The notes beneath the pieces are model-generated. The model was not told the DNA's origin, did not search any database, and was given only the letters and a program-made list of their open reading frames with translations. From positions 15,375 to 79,374 of the forward strand of contig CAZWKD010000002.1 of NCBI GenBank assembly GCA_964633985.1: a DNA stretch of 64,000 nt. Reading direction: 5' to 3'. Positions 48,154 to 55,872 of this stretch are shown here, piece by piece. The DNA comes from an uncultured Acidimicrobium sp. Lineage in GTDB: Bacteria > Actinomycetota > Acidimicrobiia > Acidimicrobiales > Ilumatobacteraceae. The translations under genes were made by a program, and so were the position numbers. Position 1 is the stretch's first letter. Every line of letters starts with the position of its first letter.

Positions 48154-48582
48154 GTGTTCAACTTCTCGGGCAGCGAAGTCATTTTCCTGCTGATTCTCGG
48201 ACTCGTCGTCCTTGGTCCAGAGAAGTTGCCTGGTGTCCTGCGTAAGGCGGGGCGTCTATACGGTGAATTCAAGCGTGTGACGAGTGATGCTCAGTCAGAA
48301 CTGCGTCAGGCTCTCGACCAGCCGATCCGCGAAATTCAGAGCACCGCCAAGACATACCAAGGTTTCTTTGTCGATGCGGCGAAGGAGGTCACGAAGGACC
48401 CCGTACCTGGTTCGAGTCCGACATCGGCCGACGAAGCTGCCTCGACTGTCGACGGTGGAGTGCCCGACGCCGTTCCTTCGATCGATCCTCAATTCATCCC
48501 GTACCAGTCGCCAATCGAAGCAATCGTTCCAGAGGACGAGGCACCTGGTAGCACTCCAAATGAGGGCGATCGTTCCTCATGA
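48154..48582 (+). CDS. tatB: Twin-arginine translocase TatA/B-family protein, TatB-like
   Basis: (M)FNFSGSEVIFLLILGLVVLGPEKLPGVLRKAGRLYGEFKR is closer to the TatB pattern (GLVVLGPxRLP) than to TatA, with a long polar tail. Confidence 0.7.
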   Translation: MFNFSGSEVIFLLILGLVVLGPEKLPGVLRKAGRLYGEFKRVTSDAQSELRQALDQPIREIQSTAKTYQGFFVDAAKEVTKDPVPGSSPTSADEAASTVDGGVPDAVPSIDPQFIPYQSPIEAIVPEDEAPGSTPNEGDRSS

Positions 48583-49379
48583 GCACTCTGTTCGGCAAGA
48601 AGACAGCAACGTCGGAAGCCGCCATGTCCGTCTTCGAGCACCTCGCCGAACTCCGTATGCGAATCGTGCGTTCCCTCTTGGCAGTTGGCATTGGAGCAGC
48701 ATTGATCCTGATCTTCTACGACTTCGTGCTGGGAGTCTTGATCGCTCCGTATGAGCGGACCTGTTCGGTTCATCCAGAGTTCAACTGCGATGGCTCGTTG
48801 TACGCACTCGGACCAGTCGAGGGTCTCAGCGCGCGAATGCGAATATCCGGATATGGGGGATTGGTCATCGCGCTTCCGGTCGTGCTGTGGCAAATCTGGC
48901 GATTCATCGTTCCCGCTCTGAGCAAACAAGAAAAGAAGTATTCGATTCCCTTCATCCTGAGTTCCGTCGTGCTCTTCCTGCTGGGCGGTTACATGGCCTA
49001 CTGGACTCTCGACAAGGCGCTGGAGTTCCTCATCGCCTGGTCGGGCGAGGACGTCAACCAGACCTACCAGATTTCCAAGTACATCAGCCTGGTGGCCTTG
49101 ATGGTCCTGGCGTTCGGAGTGGGGTTCTTGTCGCCCGTGCTGATCGTCTTCCTGCAGTTGGTAGGCGTGGTGACACCCCAGACGTTGCTGCGTCAGTGGC
49201 GCGTAGCGGTAATGGTCATCTTCGCTCTTTCAGCAGTGATCACCCCGAGTGGCGACCCGGTCAGCATGCTCGCTCTCGCCCTTCCGATGTCTCTCTTGTA
49301 TCTCGTGAGCGTTTTGATCGGATGGATCGCTCAACGCCGTCGTCGTCGCTCGAACGCGGAAGTCGACAGCACGGAGTAA
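48579..49379 (+). CDS. tatC: Twin-arginine translocase subunit TatC
   Basis: SVFEHLAELRMRIVRSLLA... with six TM segments. ATGA overlap with the upstream gene. Confidence 0.9.
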   Translation: MSTLFGKKTATSEAAMSVFEHLAELRMRIVRSLLAVGIGAALILIFYDFVLGVLIAPYERTCSVHPEFNCDGSLYALGPVEGLSARMRISGYGGLVIALPVVLWQIWRFIVPALSKQEKKYSIPFILSSVVLFLLGGYMAYWTLDKALEFLIAWSGEDVNQTYQISKYISLVALMVLAFGVGFLSPVLIVFLQLVGVVTPQTLLRQWRVAVMVIFALSAVITPSGDPVSMLALALPMSLLYLVSVLIGWIAQRRRRRSNAEVDSTE

Positions 49380-51403
49380 TGGCGGCACTAGACCGCCAGT
49401 CGTTCCTGTCGGGACTCGAGTTTCGTCCCGATCAATTCCAACTGGATGCCTTTGACGCCCTCGATCGGGGGAACAACGTGCTCGTTTCTGCTCCGACCGG
49501 CTCGGGAAAGACGCTCGTTGCTGCATACGCCATCGCGCGATCACTGGATTTGGGCGGTCGAGCGTTCTATACGACACCGATCAAGGCGCTGTCCAACCAG
49601 AAATTCATCGAACTGATGCAGGCTCATGGACAGTCGATGGTCGGATTGCTGACTGGCGACACGAGCATCAACGCAGAGGCACCCATCGTCGTCATGACGA
49701 CGGAGGTACTGCGCAACATGATCTATTCGAGGTCGACCTCCTTGAACAACCTGCACACCGTGGTATTGGACGAAGTGCATTTCATTCAAGATGCGTTCCG
49801 TGGACCCGTTTGGGAAGAGGTGATCATCCATCTCGAGCCAGAGGTGCGCCTGGTCTGCCTGTCAGCCACCGTGACGAACGCGGAGGAGGTGGGACGTTGG
49901 CTCACGACGGTGCGTGGACCAACCGTGCCTATCGTCGAACGCCACCGACCAGTACCCATGGAACATCTCTACTTCGTCGGCGACAAGCGCTCCCAGGACA
50001 TGCGGGTATTCCCCGTGGAAAAGGGTGGCCACTCGAACAAGGAGTTGCTCCAGTTTCTCGGTTCGACGAGTCCACGCAAGACCGCCGATCGGCGTAGTGG
50101 GCGTTCTTTGCGATTCTTTCCGCCTTCGCGGATCGACGTGGTGGAAGAACTCAAGAGGCGCGACCTACTTCCTTGCATTCACTTCCTTTTCAGTCGCAAT
50201 CAATGCGACGAGAGCGCCGAGTCCCTCCGCAGGGCAGGAGTCCGACTCACGACCGACACCGAAGCGAGGGCGATCGTCGAGATTGCCGACGACCGTGTGT
50301 CCGGCTTTCCCGACGACGACCTTGCCGTACTCGGATACGCCCGATTCCTCGATCAGTTGGAGAGCGGAGTAGGCACGCACCACGCAGGTCTCGTACCGGC
50401 ATTTCGCGAGATCGTGGAGCGCTGTTTCAGCGAGGGCCTCATCAAGATCGTCTTTGCCACTGAGACTCTCGCAGTGGGCATCAACATGCCGGCACGGTCC
50501 GTCGTGCTCGACAAATTGACCAAATACACCGGATCAGGTCACCGCATGCTGCAGCCGAGTGACTTCGCTCAGTTGACTGGCCGTGCGGGGCGACGAGGAC
50601 TCGATGACCATGGTGTGGCCGTCATTTTGTGGAGCCCATTCGTCAAGATTGGCGACGTCCTGGAGTTGGTGAACAGCAGACGATTCGAACTGCGATCTGC
50701 GTTCAGGCCCACGTACAACATGGCCGCCAATCTCGTCCGTATGAACTCACGGGACGAGGCACTCCACTTGCTGAATCTCTCGTTGGCTCGCTTTCAGCGC
50801 GGTGAGGGACTGGTGAAACAGTTCAATGGCTTGCTGCAACTACTCGAGGAGCTGGGCTATGTGGAGGGCTGGAGCCTCACGACGGCAGGCGAAATGCTGC
50901 GTCAGATTTACCACGAGTCGGATCTCCTGATCGCGGAATGCATCCGAAGCGGTGCGCTATCCGGACTCGAACCAGCAGAGATGGCTTCTATCGCCTCGTG
51001 TTTCGTGTTCGAAACGCGAGGGGGTGTGGAGGACCGCGAGATCCATTTCCCCTCAGAGCGTCTGAAGCGGGCCTTCCGCGCCATCGAACGCGAGAGCACC
51101 CGTGTGGCTCGGCTGGAGACCGCTCATTCGCTTCAGACCCATCGAATGGTCGACCCTGGGTTGATGGGGCACATTGCGGAGTGGGCGATCGGGGATGACC
51201 TCGGCGAAGTGCTCGGCTTCGATGATGTCAGCGGGGGAGATTTCGTTCGATCCTGCAAGCAGATCCTCGACCTCCTGCGTCAACTCGCAGAAGTGATGCC
51301 CGAGCCGCGTGACCGTGACTGTGCTCGTGCTGCGATCCCGCTGATCGATCGTGGTCTGGTTGCTCTGTCACAAGTCCCTTTCGAGGCACCCAATGCCGAT
51401 TGA
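49379..51403 (+). CDS. helY: Ski2-like DEAD/DEAH-box RNA helicase HelY
   Basis: ATG 49379 overlaps the tatC stop by 1 nt. Motifs VSAPTGSGKT, LDEVHF, SAT, and a DSHCT-like C-terminus. The 5' part of track ORF 48887.. is a shadow of tatC. Confidence 0.85.
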   Translation: MAALDRQSFLSGLEFRPDQFQLDAFDALDRGNNVLVSAPTGSGKTLVAAYAIARSLDLGGRAFYTTPIKALSNQKFIELMQAHGQSMVGLLTGDTSINAEAPIVVMTTEVLRNMIYSRSTSLNNLHTVVLDEVHFIQDAFRGPVWEEVIIHLEPEVRLVCLSATVTNAEEVGRWLTTVRGPTVPIVERHRPVPMEHLYFVGDKRSQDMRVFPVEKGGHSNKELLQFLGSTSPRKTADRRSGRSLRFFPPSRIDVVEELKRRDLLPCIHFLFSRNQCDESAESLRRAGVRLTTDTEARAIVEIADDRVSGFPDDDLAVLGYARFLDQLESGVGTHHAGLVPAFREIVERCFSEGLIKIVFATETLAVGINMPARSVVLDKLTKYTGSGHRMLQPSDFAQLTGRAGRRGLDDHGVAVILWSPFVKIGDVLELVNSRRFELRSAFRPTYNMAANLVRMNSRDEALHLLNLSLARFQRGEGLVKQFNGLLQLLEELGYVEGWSLTTAGEMLRQIYHESDLLIAECIRSGALSGLEPAEMASIASCFVFETRGGVEDREIHFPSERLKRAFRAIERESTRVARLETAHSLQTHRMVDPGLMGHIAEWAIGDDLGEVLGFDDVSGGDFVRSCKQILDLLRQLAEVMPEPRDRDCARAAIPLIDRGLVALSQVPFEAPNAD

Positions 51404-51980
51404 CAAATCCTCACCGTGGGGAGAGACCGTCGACCTTCCACCAAACGTTCCCGCCTTCAGCGATGAGTCCCATTTGTCGAAGGAATTGACGTCGACTGGG
51501 CCCTTTACCGTTCGAATGGAAGGCGGTGACTTCGTCTCGATAACGGGCGGTTCTTCCTCGCCTGGATCACGCGTCCGCAGATACTCCTGTGATGCGGTCG
51601 AGATCCAGGGAAGTGAGCGAACGTGGTGGTCGATCGGCACGGTCGAATTGCGTCGCAAACGCCTTCGGCTGCTCGGGGGATTCATGATCGTGAGCAACAT
51701 CGGCCAACGAGACCGCGAACGTTATTCATCGCGTTCCCATCCAAACGATGCCAAGTTCGAGTTGCTCGATGCCTCGACGGGCCTCACGATTCGTGAGCGA
51801 CTCATCCTTGCTCGTCGTCTCAAGTCGGGTGGTGACATCCGCCACCCGCAGGTGAGACAACTACAGGCAAGCGAATACGTCTCCGATCGACGGTTCCACG
51901 TGTTCATTGATGGCACGTATCGAGGCCGATTCGTCGCAAAGATCGAGATTCGTCCGGATCTACTGGTCGTCCACGTTTGA
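51393..51980 (+). CDS. Hypothetical protein; C-terminal half resembles the DAGK/YegS lipid-kinase accessory domain, N-terminal catalytic domain reduced
   Basis: ATG 51393 (MPIDKSSPWGE...). The segment ...GGFMIVSNIGQ...NDAKFELLD...LKSGGDIRHPQVRQLQASEYV...FHVFIDGTYRGRFVAKIEIRPDLLVVHV follows the DAGK C-terminal pattern. Only a GGDFVSITGG remnant stands where GGDGT would be. Confidence 0.5.
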   Translation: MPIDKSSPWGETVDLPPNVPAFSDESHLSKELTSTGPFTVRMEGGDFVSITGGSSSPGSRVRRYSCDAVEIQGSERTWWSIGTVELRRKRLRLLGGFMIVSNIGQRDRERYSSRSHPNDAKFELLDASTGLTIRERLILARRLKSGGDIRHPQVRQLQASEYVSDRRFHVFIDGTYRGRFVAKIEIRPDLLVVHV

Positions 51981-52039
51981 CGATTCGGTACCTGCCCGCA
52001 ATCCCCAGACCAGAAAGGTCCAACTTCTAGGCTCTCGGC

Positions 52040-53641
52040 GTGGGTTTGTACATTCCAGAGTCGTTCACCGAGGCCGAAGCAGCGGTTCTCTCGCGTCATT
52101 TCACCAATCTGGAAGGCCCGGTCTTCGCGCTCATCAATTTGCCGGAAGTGGTGAAGGGAGCCCTCTTCGCCCGGTACAGCCGCAGTCCCAAGAGTCTCCG
52201 CCGGCTCTTCCTCGACGAATTTGCTGACGATGTGGCAGCCGCCGGGCACGGTGCTCTCGACTCGACCCAAGGCGCAGACAACGCCGAGCGCCTCTACGAC
52301 AAGGTGTTCCTCGAGTACGGCGACGATTCCGTGGCCCAACTTGGTGGCGTGCATCTCGCATGCGAACAAGCCTCCAACCTGCTCACGAAGATCCTCGAAT
52401 GGGGGCGACTCGCGTCCTATCTCGAACAGAGCACGCGCTACATCAACTACGACGCTCGTCTTGGTGGGCGATACCGCTTCTATCGGGACGAAGAAATCCT
52501 GGCGAGCCCGTATGGCACTCGATATGTGGGAGACATGGACCGCATCTTCGACGTGTACAGCGAACTCGTGGAGCAGCTCACCACACACGTTCGCCAGACG
52601 GTGACGAAGTCCATCAGCGACTCGGATTTCGTGTATCGCCAGGCGACGAGGGCCAAAGCACTCGACGCTGCACGTGGTGTGTTGAGCGCCGCAGCGTTGT
52701 CAAACGTCGGCGTCTACGGATCGGGTCAGGCGTATGAAGCGATGCTGTTGCGCATGCGGGCACACCCGTTGCCAGAGGCGCGCGAATACGCAGACTTGAT
52801 GCTCACCGAGTTGCGCAAGGTGATCCCGAGTTTCCTCAAGCGCGTGGATTTGCCCGATAGAGGAGGTCGATGGAGCGCGTACCTCGCCGACAACCACGAC
52901 CGCACTGCGATGCTCGTTGACGACCTCCTTGGCGCAGACGAGCCGAACCCCGTTCCTGAGGTGCAGCTCGTCGATTTCGATCCCGATGGCGAGGACAAGG
53001 TGATCGCGGCGATTTGTTTCTCCCACTCTCATCTTTCGGAGAGCCAGATCATGAAGCGAGTCGCCGGCATGTCGTTGGATGAGAAGGCGTCACTGCTTGC
53101 TGCGTACGTCGGCAATCGCGAAAACCGACGGCACAAACCAGGCCGCGCCTTCGAGCGCACGTACTACCGCTTCGACGTCTTGGGTGATTACGGCGCATTT
53201 CGCGATCTCCAACGCCACCGCCTCCTGACGATCGAATGGCAACGACTATCCGTCGAACATGGCTACGTGATTCCTGAACTGGTTACTGAGAGTGGGGGAG
53301 AAGCGAAGTTCGTGGAAGCAATGGAGCGTTCGGCCGCGCTGCACGACCTCTTGCGTCCCGAGTACCCCTGGCAGGCCTCCTACGCAGTGTCGATGGCGTA
53401 TCGCCTTCGCTATGTCATGCAGTTCAATGCACGGGAAGCCATGCACATGCTCGAGTTGCGGAGTTCGCCTCAAGGACACCCCTCGTACCGCCGAGTTGCC
53501 CTCGAGATGCATCGCCTGATCGCCGAGCAAGCCGGACATCGGGCATTGGCAGCCGCCATGACCCACATGACCACCGCCGCCCCAGAGCTGGAACGCCTGG
53601 AATCGGAGCGGAGAGCGGAATCTCGGCGTCGGGACGCTTGA
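52040..53641 (+). CDS. Long two-domain ThyX-like (flavin-dependent thymidylate synthase family) protein
   Basis: 533 aa with a GTG start. The N-half has ...WGRLASYLEQSTRYINY (S-x3-QS-x-RY present, RHR absent). The C-half has ...FRDLQRHRLLTIEWQRLS (RHR present, the rest degenerate). Both halves have the N-x-R-E...LR helix pattern. Confidence 0.7.
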   Translation: MGLYIPESFTEAEAAVLSRHFTNLEGPVFALINLPEVVKGALFARYSRSPKSLRRLFLDEFADDVAAAGHGALDSTQGADNAERLYDKVFLEYGDDSVAQLGGVHLACEQASNLLTKILEWGRLASYLEQSTRYINYDARLGGRYRFYRDEEILASPYGTRYVGDMDRIFDVYSELVEQLTTHVRQTVTKSISDSDFVYRQATRAKALDAARGVLSAAALSNVGVYGSGQAYEAMLLRMRAHPLPEAREYADLMLTELRKVIPSFLKRVDLPDRGGRWSAYLADNHDRTAMLVDDLLGADEPNPVPEVQLVDFDPDGEDKVIAAICFSHSHLSESQIMKRVAGMSLDEKASLLAAYVGNRENRRHKPGRAFERTYYRFDVLGDYGAFRDLQRHRLLTIEWQRLSVEHGYVIPELVTESGGEAKFVEAMERSAALHDLLRPEYPWQASYAVSMAYRLRYVMQFNAREAMHMLELRSSPQGHPSYRRVALEMHRLIAEQAGHRALAAAMTHMTTAAPELERLESERRAESRRRDA

Positions 53642-53710
53642 AATAGCCCCGCCTGCCCCTCATCGGGCTACTATCCTGCCCCGAAACCCCACCCACTTGA
53701 GGAGTACGAA

Positions 53711-54199
53711 TTGTCGGATGACGAAATGATCGAAGGCGAGGACGTCGAGCTCGAAATCGAGGCGCCCGAGCTCGATGTCGACGACCTTGAGGACGATTCG
53801 ATTGCGCTCGAAGACGACTTCGCTGGTGACGGGGAGCTCGCCGACGATGAGGTAGTGGAGGGCGACGAGGAGTTCTCGGATGAGGCCGACCTCGCCAAGA
53901 CCGATGCTGCCGGCAAGAAGTCGAGCGACGATGACGACGATGACGACGACCTACGCACCGAGGACGACGTCGAGGCCGACCTCGACGCCATCCTGCGGGA
54001 GAAGCTGACCGCAGCCGAAGAGGTTCCCCTCGAGGATGACGAGGAAGAGGTGGTAGTCGATGACAAGACCGATGGTCTCGAGCGGCTACAGCCACGCCGT
54101 CCCGACGAGACGCAGTGCACACAGTGCTTCTTGCTCGTGCGCAAGGGCGCTCCGGGCTGTCCGGTCGAAGACGACGCCTGTCCTCTCTTCGTGTCATGA
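53711..54199 (+). CDS. Hyperacidic protein with C-terminal Cys4 zinc-ribbon (resembles actinobacterial DUF4193, from memory)
   Basis: TTG start, 162 aa dominated by D/E including a D8 run. The C-terminus is ...ETQCTQCFLLVRKGAPGCPVEDDACPLF. The antisense Arg-rich ORFs are rejected. Confidence 0.7.
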   Translation: MSDDEMIEGEDVELEIEAPELDVDDLEDDSIALEDDFAGDGELADDEVVEGDEEFSDEADLAKTDAAGKKSSDDDDDDDDLRTEDDVEADLDAILREKLTAAEEVPLEDDEEEVVVDDKTDGLERLQPRRPDETQCTQCFLLVRKGAPGCPVEDDACPLFVS

Positions 54200-54579
54200 A
54201 ACTGGATCGCGCACGCGCCGAAGGGGAGCGTGTCGTGACCGAGTTGCTGCGCAAGTTTCGGCAGGACACGGGCAACGCGAAATGGATCGGTCGAATGGCG
54301 ATCGGACCACTCGAACAGCGTTTGGCGTCCTTCAAGAAGCCCAACAACGTCGAATCAGGCACGCCTGAAGCGGTCGATGATGTGCTCGACGTAGCGAACC
54401 CCGCCCTTCAGGGCTCGTCCGCGGAACCCGTGTCGAGTTGGAGCATCCTTTCAGCATCGGAGCTCGTGGAGTATCTCGCCACTTGTGACGTTGACGATGC
54501 TTCGGCGATCCTTCACGAGGAGCGGGAAAAGCTTGGTCGAGCAGCAGTCATCGACGCAGCGCTACGCCGCCTCGGCTGA
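54196..54579 (+). CDS. Hypothetical 127-aa protein translationally coupled to the acidic Zn-ribbon gene
   Basis: ATG 54196 overlaps the upstream stop (ATGA): MKLDRARAEGERVVTELLRKFRQD...WSILSASELVEYLATCDVDDASAILHEEREKLGRAAVIDAALRRLG. Confidence 0.45.
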   Translation: MKLDRARAEGERVVTELLRKFRQDTGNAKWIGRMAIGPLEQRLASFKKPNNVESGTPEAVDDVLDVANPALQGSSAEPVSSWSILSASELVEYLATCDVDDASAILHEEREKLGRAAVIDAALRRLG

Positions 54580-55010
54580 TGGACCCGCTCGTCCTATCGA
54601 TACGTGAAGCACTAGACGCCGATCATCTGGTTCTGCGTGAACTCGACAGCGCGGCACGTACGGAAGGGCGCCGGCACCGCGGTGCCGATCATCTTTATGA
54701 GTCTCTCGGGGAATTCGAGGAACGTTGGTCGCAGCGAACGGCAGTTTTCAGGTTCGACGTGGCGTCCGTGAGGGACGAAATCGTCGGCTTTTCCGTCGTG
54801 CGTCTCGGAGCGCGCCCACTGTTGGACCAGGTGTTCGTCGTGCAACAAGCGCGAAACCTGGGAGTCGGCGCGGCATTACTGAGAAAAGCTGTCGAGCGCC
54901 ATGGCGCAAGCAAATTGGACGCGCTCAGCCTGCCCGGTGATCGCTACACGAAGAACCTGTACGAACGAGCCGGCCTCAAGGCACGGCTGATCATCGCCTC
55001 AACGCTCTAG
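54579..55010 (+). CDS. GNAT-family N-acetyltransferase
   Basis: VFVVQQARNLGVGAALLRKAVE (acetyl-CoA P-loop-like Q/R-x-x-G-x-G/A). The start overlaps the upstream stop by 1 nt. Confidence 0.75.
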   Translation: MDPLVLSIREALDADHLVLRELDSAARTEGRRHRGADHLYESLGEFEERWSQRTAVFRFDVASVRDEIVGFSVVRLGARPLLDQVFVVQQARNLGVGAALLRKAVERHGASKLDALSLPGDRYTKNLYERAGLKARLIIASTL

Positions 55011-55019
55011 AGCGCGAGG

Positions 55020-55805
55020 TCAGCGACCTTGCCAGTTCGGCGGACGCTTCTCGATGAAGGCTGTCAAGCCTTCCTTGGTGTCTTCTGAGCCGAGAATCTT
55101 GCCGAACTCCTGGTTCGTCATGTCGATCAGCGTGTCGTCACTCTCATAGGCAGCGGCTAGCACGACCCGGCGTGACGCCCAAACCGCGAGCGGGGCATTG
55201 GCGGCGATACGTGCAGCCAGTTCTCGTGCGGCGCTCTCGACCTGATCGGGTGCCACCACGCGATTGACGAGCCCCAGTTCATAGGCCCGCGAGGCGGGAA
55301 GGGGATCGCCCGTGAGGATCACCTCGAGTGCAACGGCACGACCAATGGCTCGAGGAAGTCGGAAGAGGCCACCCGCACCCGCGATCAGATTGCGCTTGAC
55401 TTCAGCGAGCCCGAACGCCGAGCGATCACTCGCAACCACCAAATCCGCAGAAAGCACGATCTCACAGCCACCCGCCGTGGCCAGTCCATCGACGCCGACG
55501 ATGATCGGCTTGCGTCGCTCTCGATAGACGATGCCCCCGAAGCCCCCGCGCTGCGTGTTCAACCGCGCAGCGTCACCACTGTTGATTGCCTTCAGGTCGG
55601 CACCGGCACAAAACACAGGACGCTCTTGACCTGCCGTGTTGGCGAGCAAGATCCCCACCCACACACCGTCATCGCCTTCGAGGCGGTCGATTGCGGCTTC
55701 CATCGCACTGGCAACGTCACCGTTGACGGCGTTGCGGGCTTCCGGGCGATTGAGGGTGATGATGGCGACGTTGCCGTCGCGGACATAGGTGACTGCTTCA
55801 GACAT
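55020..55805 (-). CDS. Enoyl-CoA hydratase/isomerase (crotonase) family
   Basis: VAIITLNRPEARNA, FCAGADLKA, GLATAGGCEIVLSADL. Confidence 0.85.
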   Translation of the reverse strand: MSEAVTYVRDGNVAIITLNRPEARNAVNGDVASAMEAAIDRLEGDDGVWVGILLANTAGQERPVFCAGADLKAINSGDAARLNTQRGGFGGIVYRERRKPIIVGVDGLATAGGCEIVLSADLVVASDRSAFGLAEVKRNLIAGAGGLFRLPRAIGRAVALEVILTGDPLPASRAYELGLVNRVVAPDQVESAARELAARIAANAPLAVWASRRVVLAAAYESDDTLIDMTNQEFGKILGSEDTKEGLTAFIEKRPPNWQGR

Positions 55806-55872
55806 GTTCCGAGACTACGGGGCGAGGTACTCGGGCTGAAAGTTGGTCAAGCCGAGGAATCGGCCCGCAGAA

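Noticed and set aside
48887-49378. 5' extension of the helY ORF, which would give an 838-aa protein
   Set aside because: It overlaps tatC in another frame and is Arg/Pro-rich. The helicase homology begins at MAALDRQSFLSGLEFRPDQ (ATG 49379).
51722-52588. 288-aa minus-strand ORF
   Set aside because: It overlaps the 3' end of the DAGK-like gene and the 5' half of the ThyX-like gene. It has no motifs, and the plus-strand genes have family signatures.
53645-53671. Hairpin TAGCCC...GGGCTA after the ThyX-like gene, as a possible terminator
   Set aside because: It has only a 6-bp stem, a 15-nt loop and no U-tract, so it is too weak to call.
53424-54362. 312-aa and 157-aa minus-strand Arg/Ser-rich ORFs
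   Set aside because: They are mirror images of the GAC/GAG/GAT-rich acidic gene. Poly-Arg/Ser sequence is the expected antisense translation of poly-Asp/Glu.
55851-55864. GCCGAggaaTCGGC hairpin between the 403-aa gene and the crotonase gene
   Set aside because: A 5-bp stem only. It is not distinguishable from chance in GC-rich DNA.
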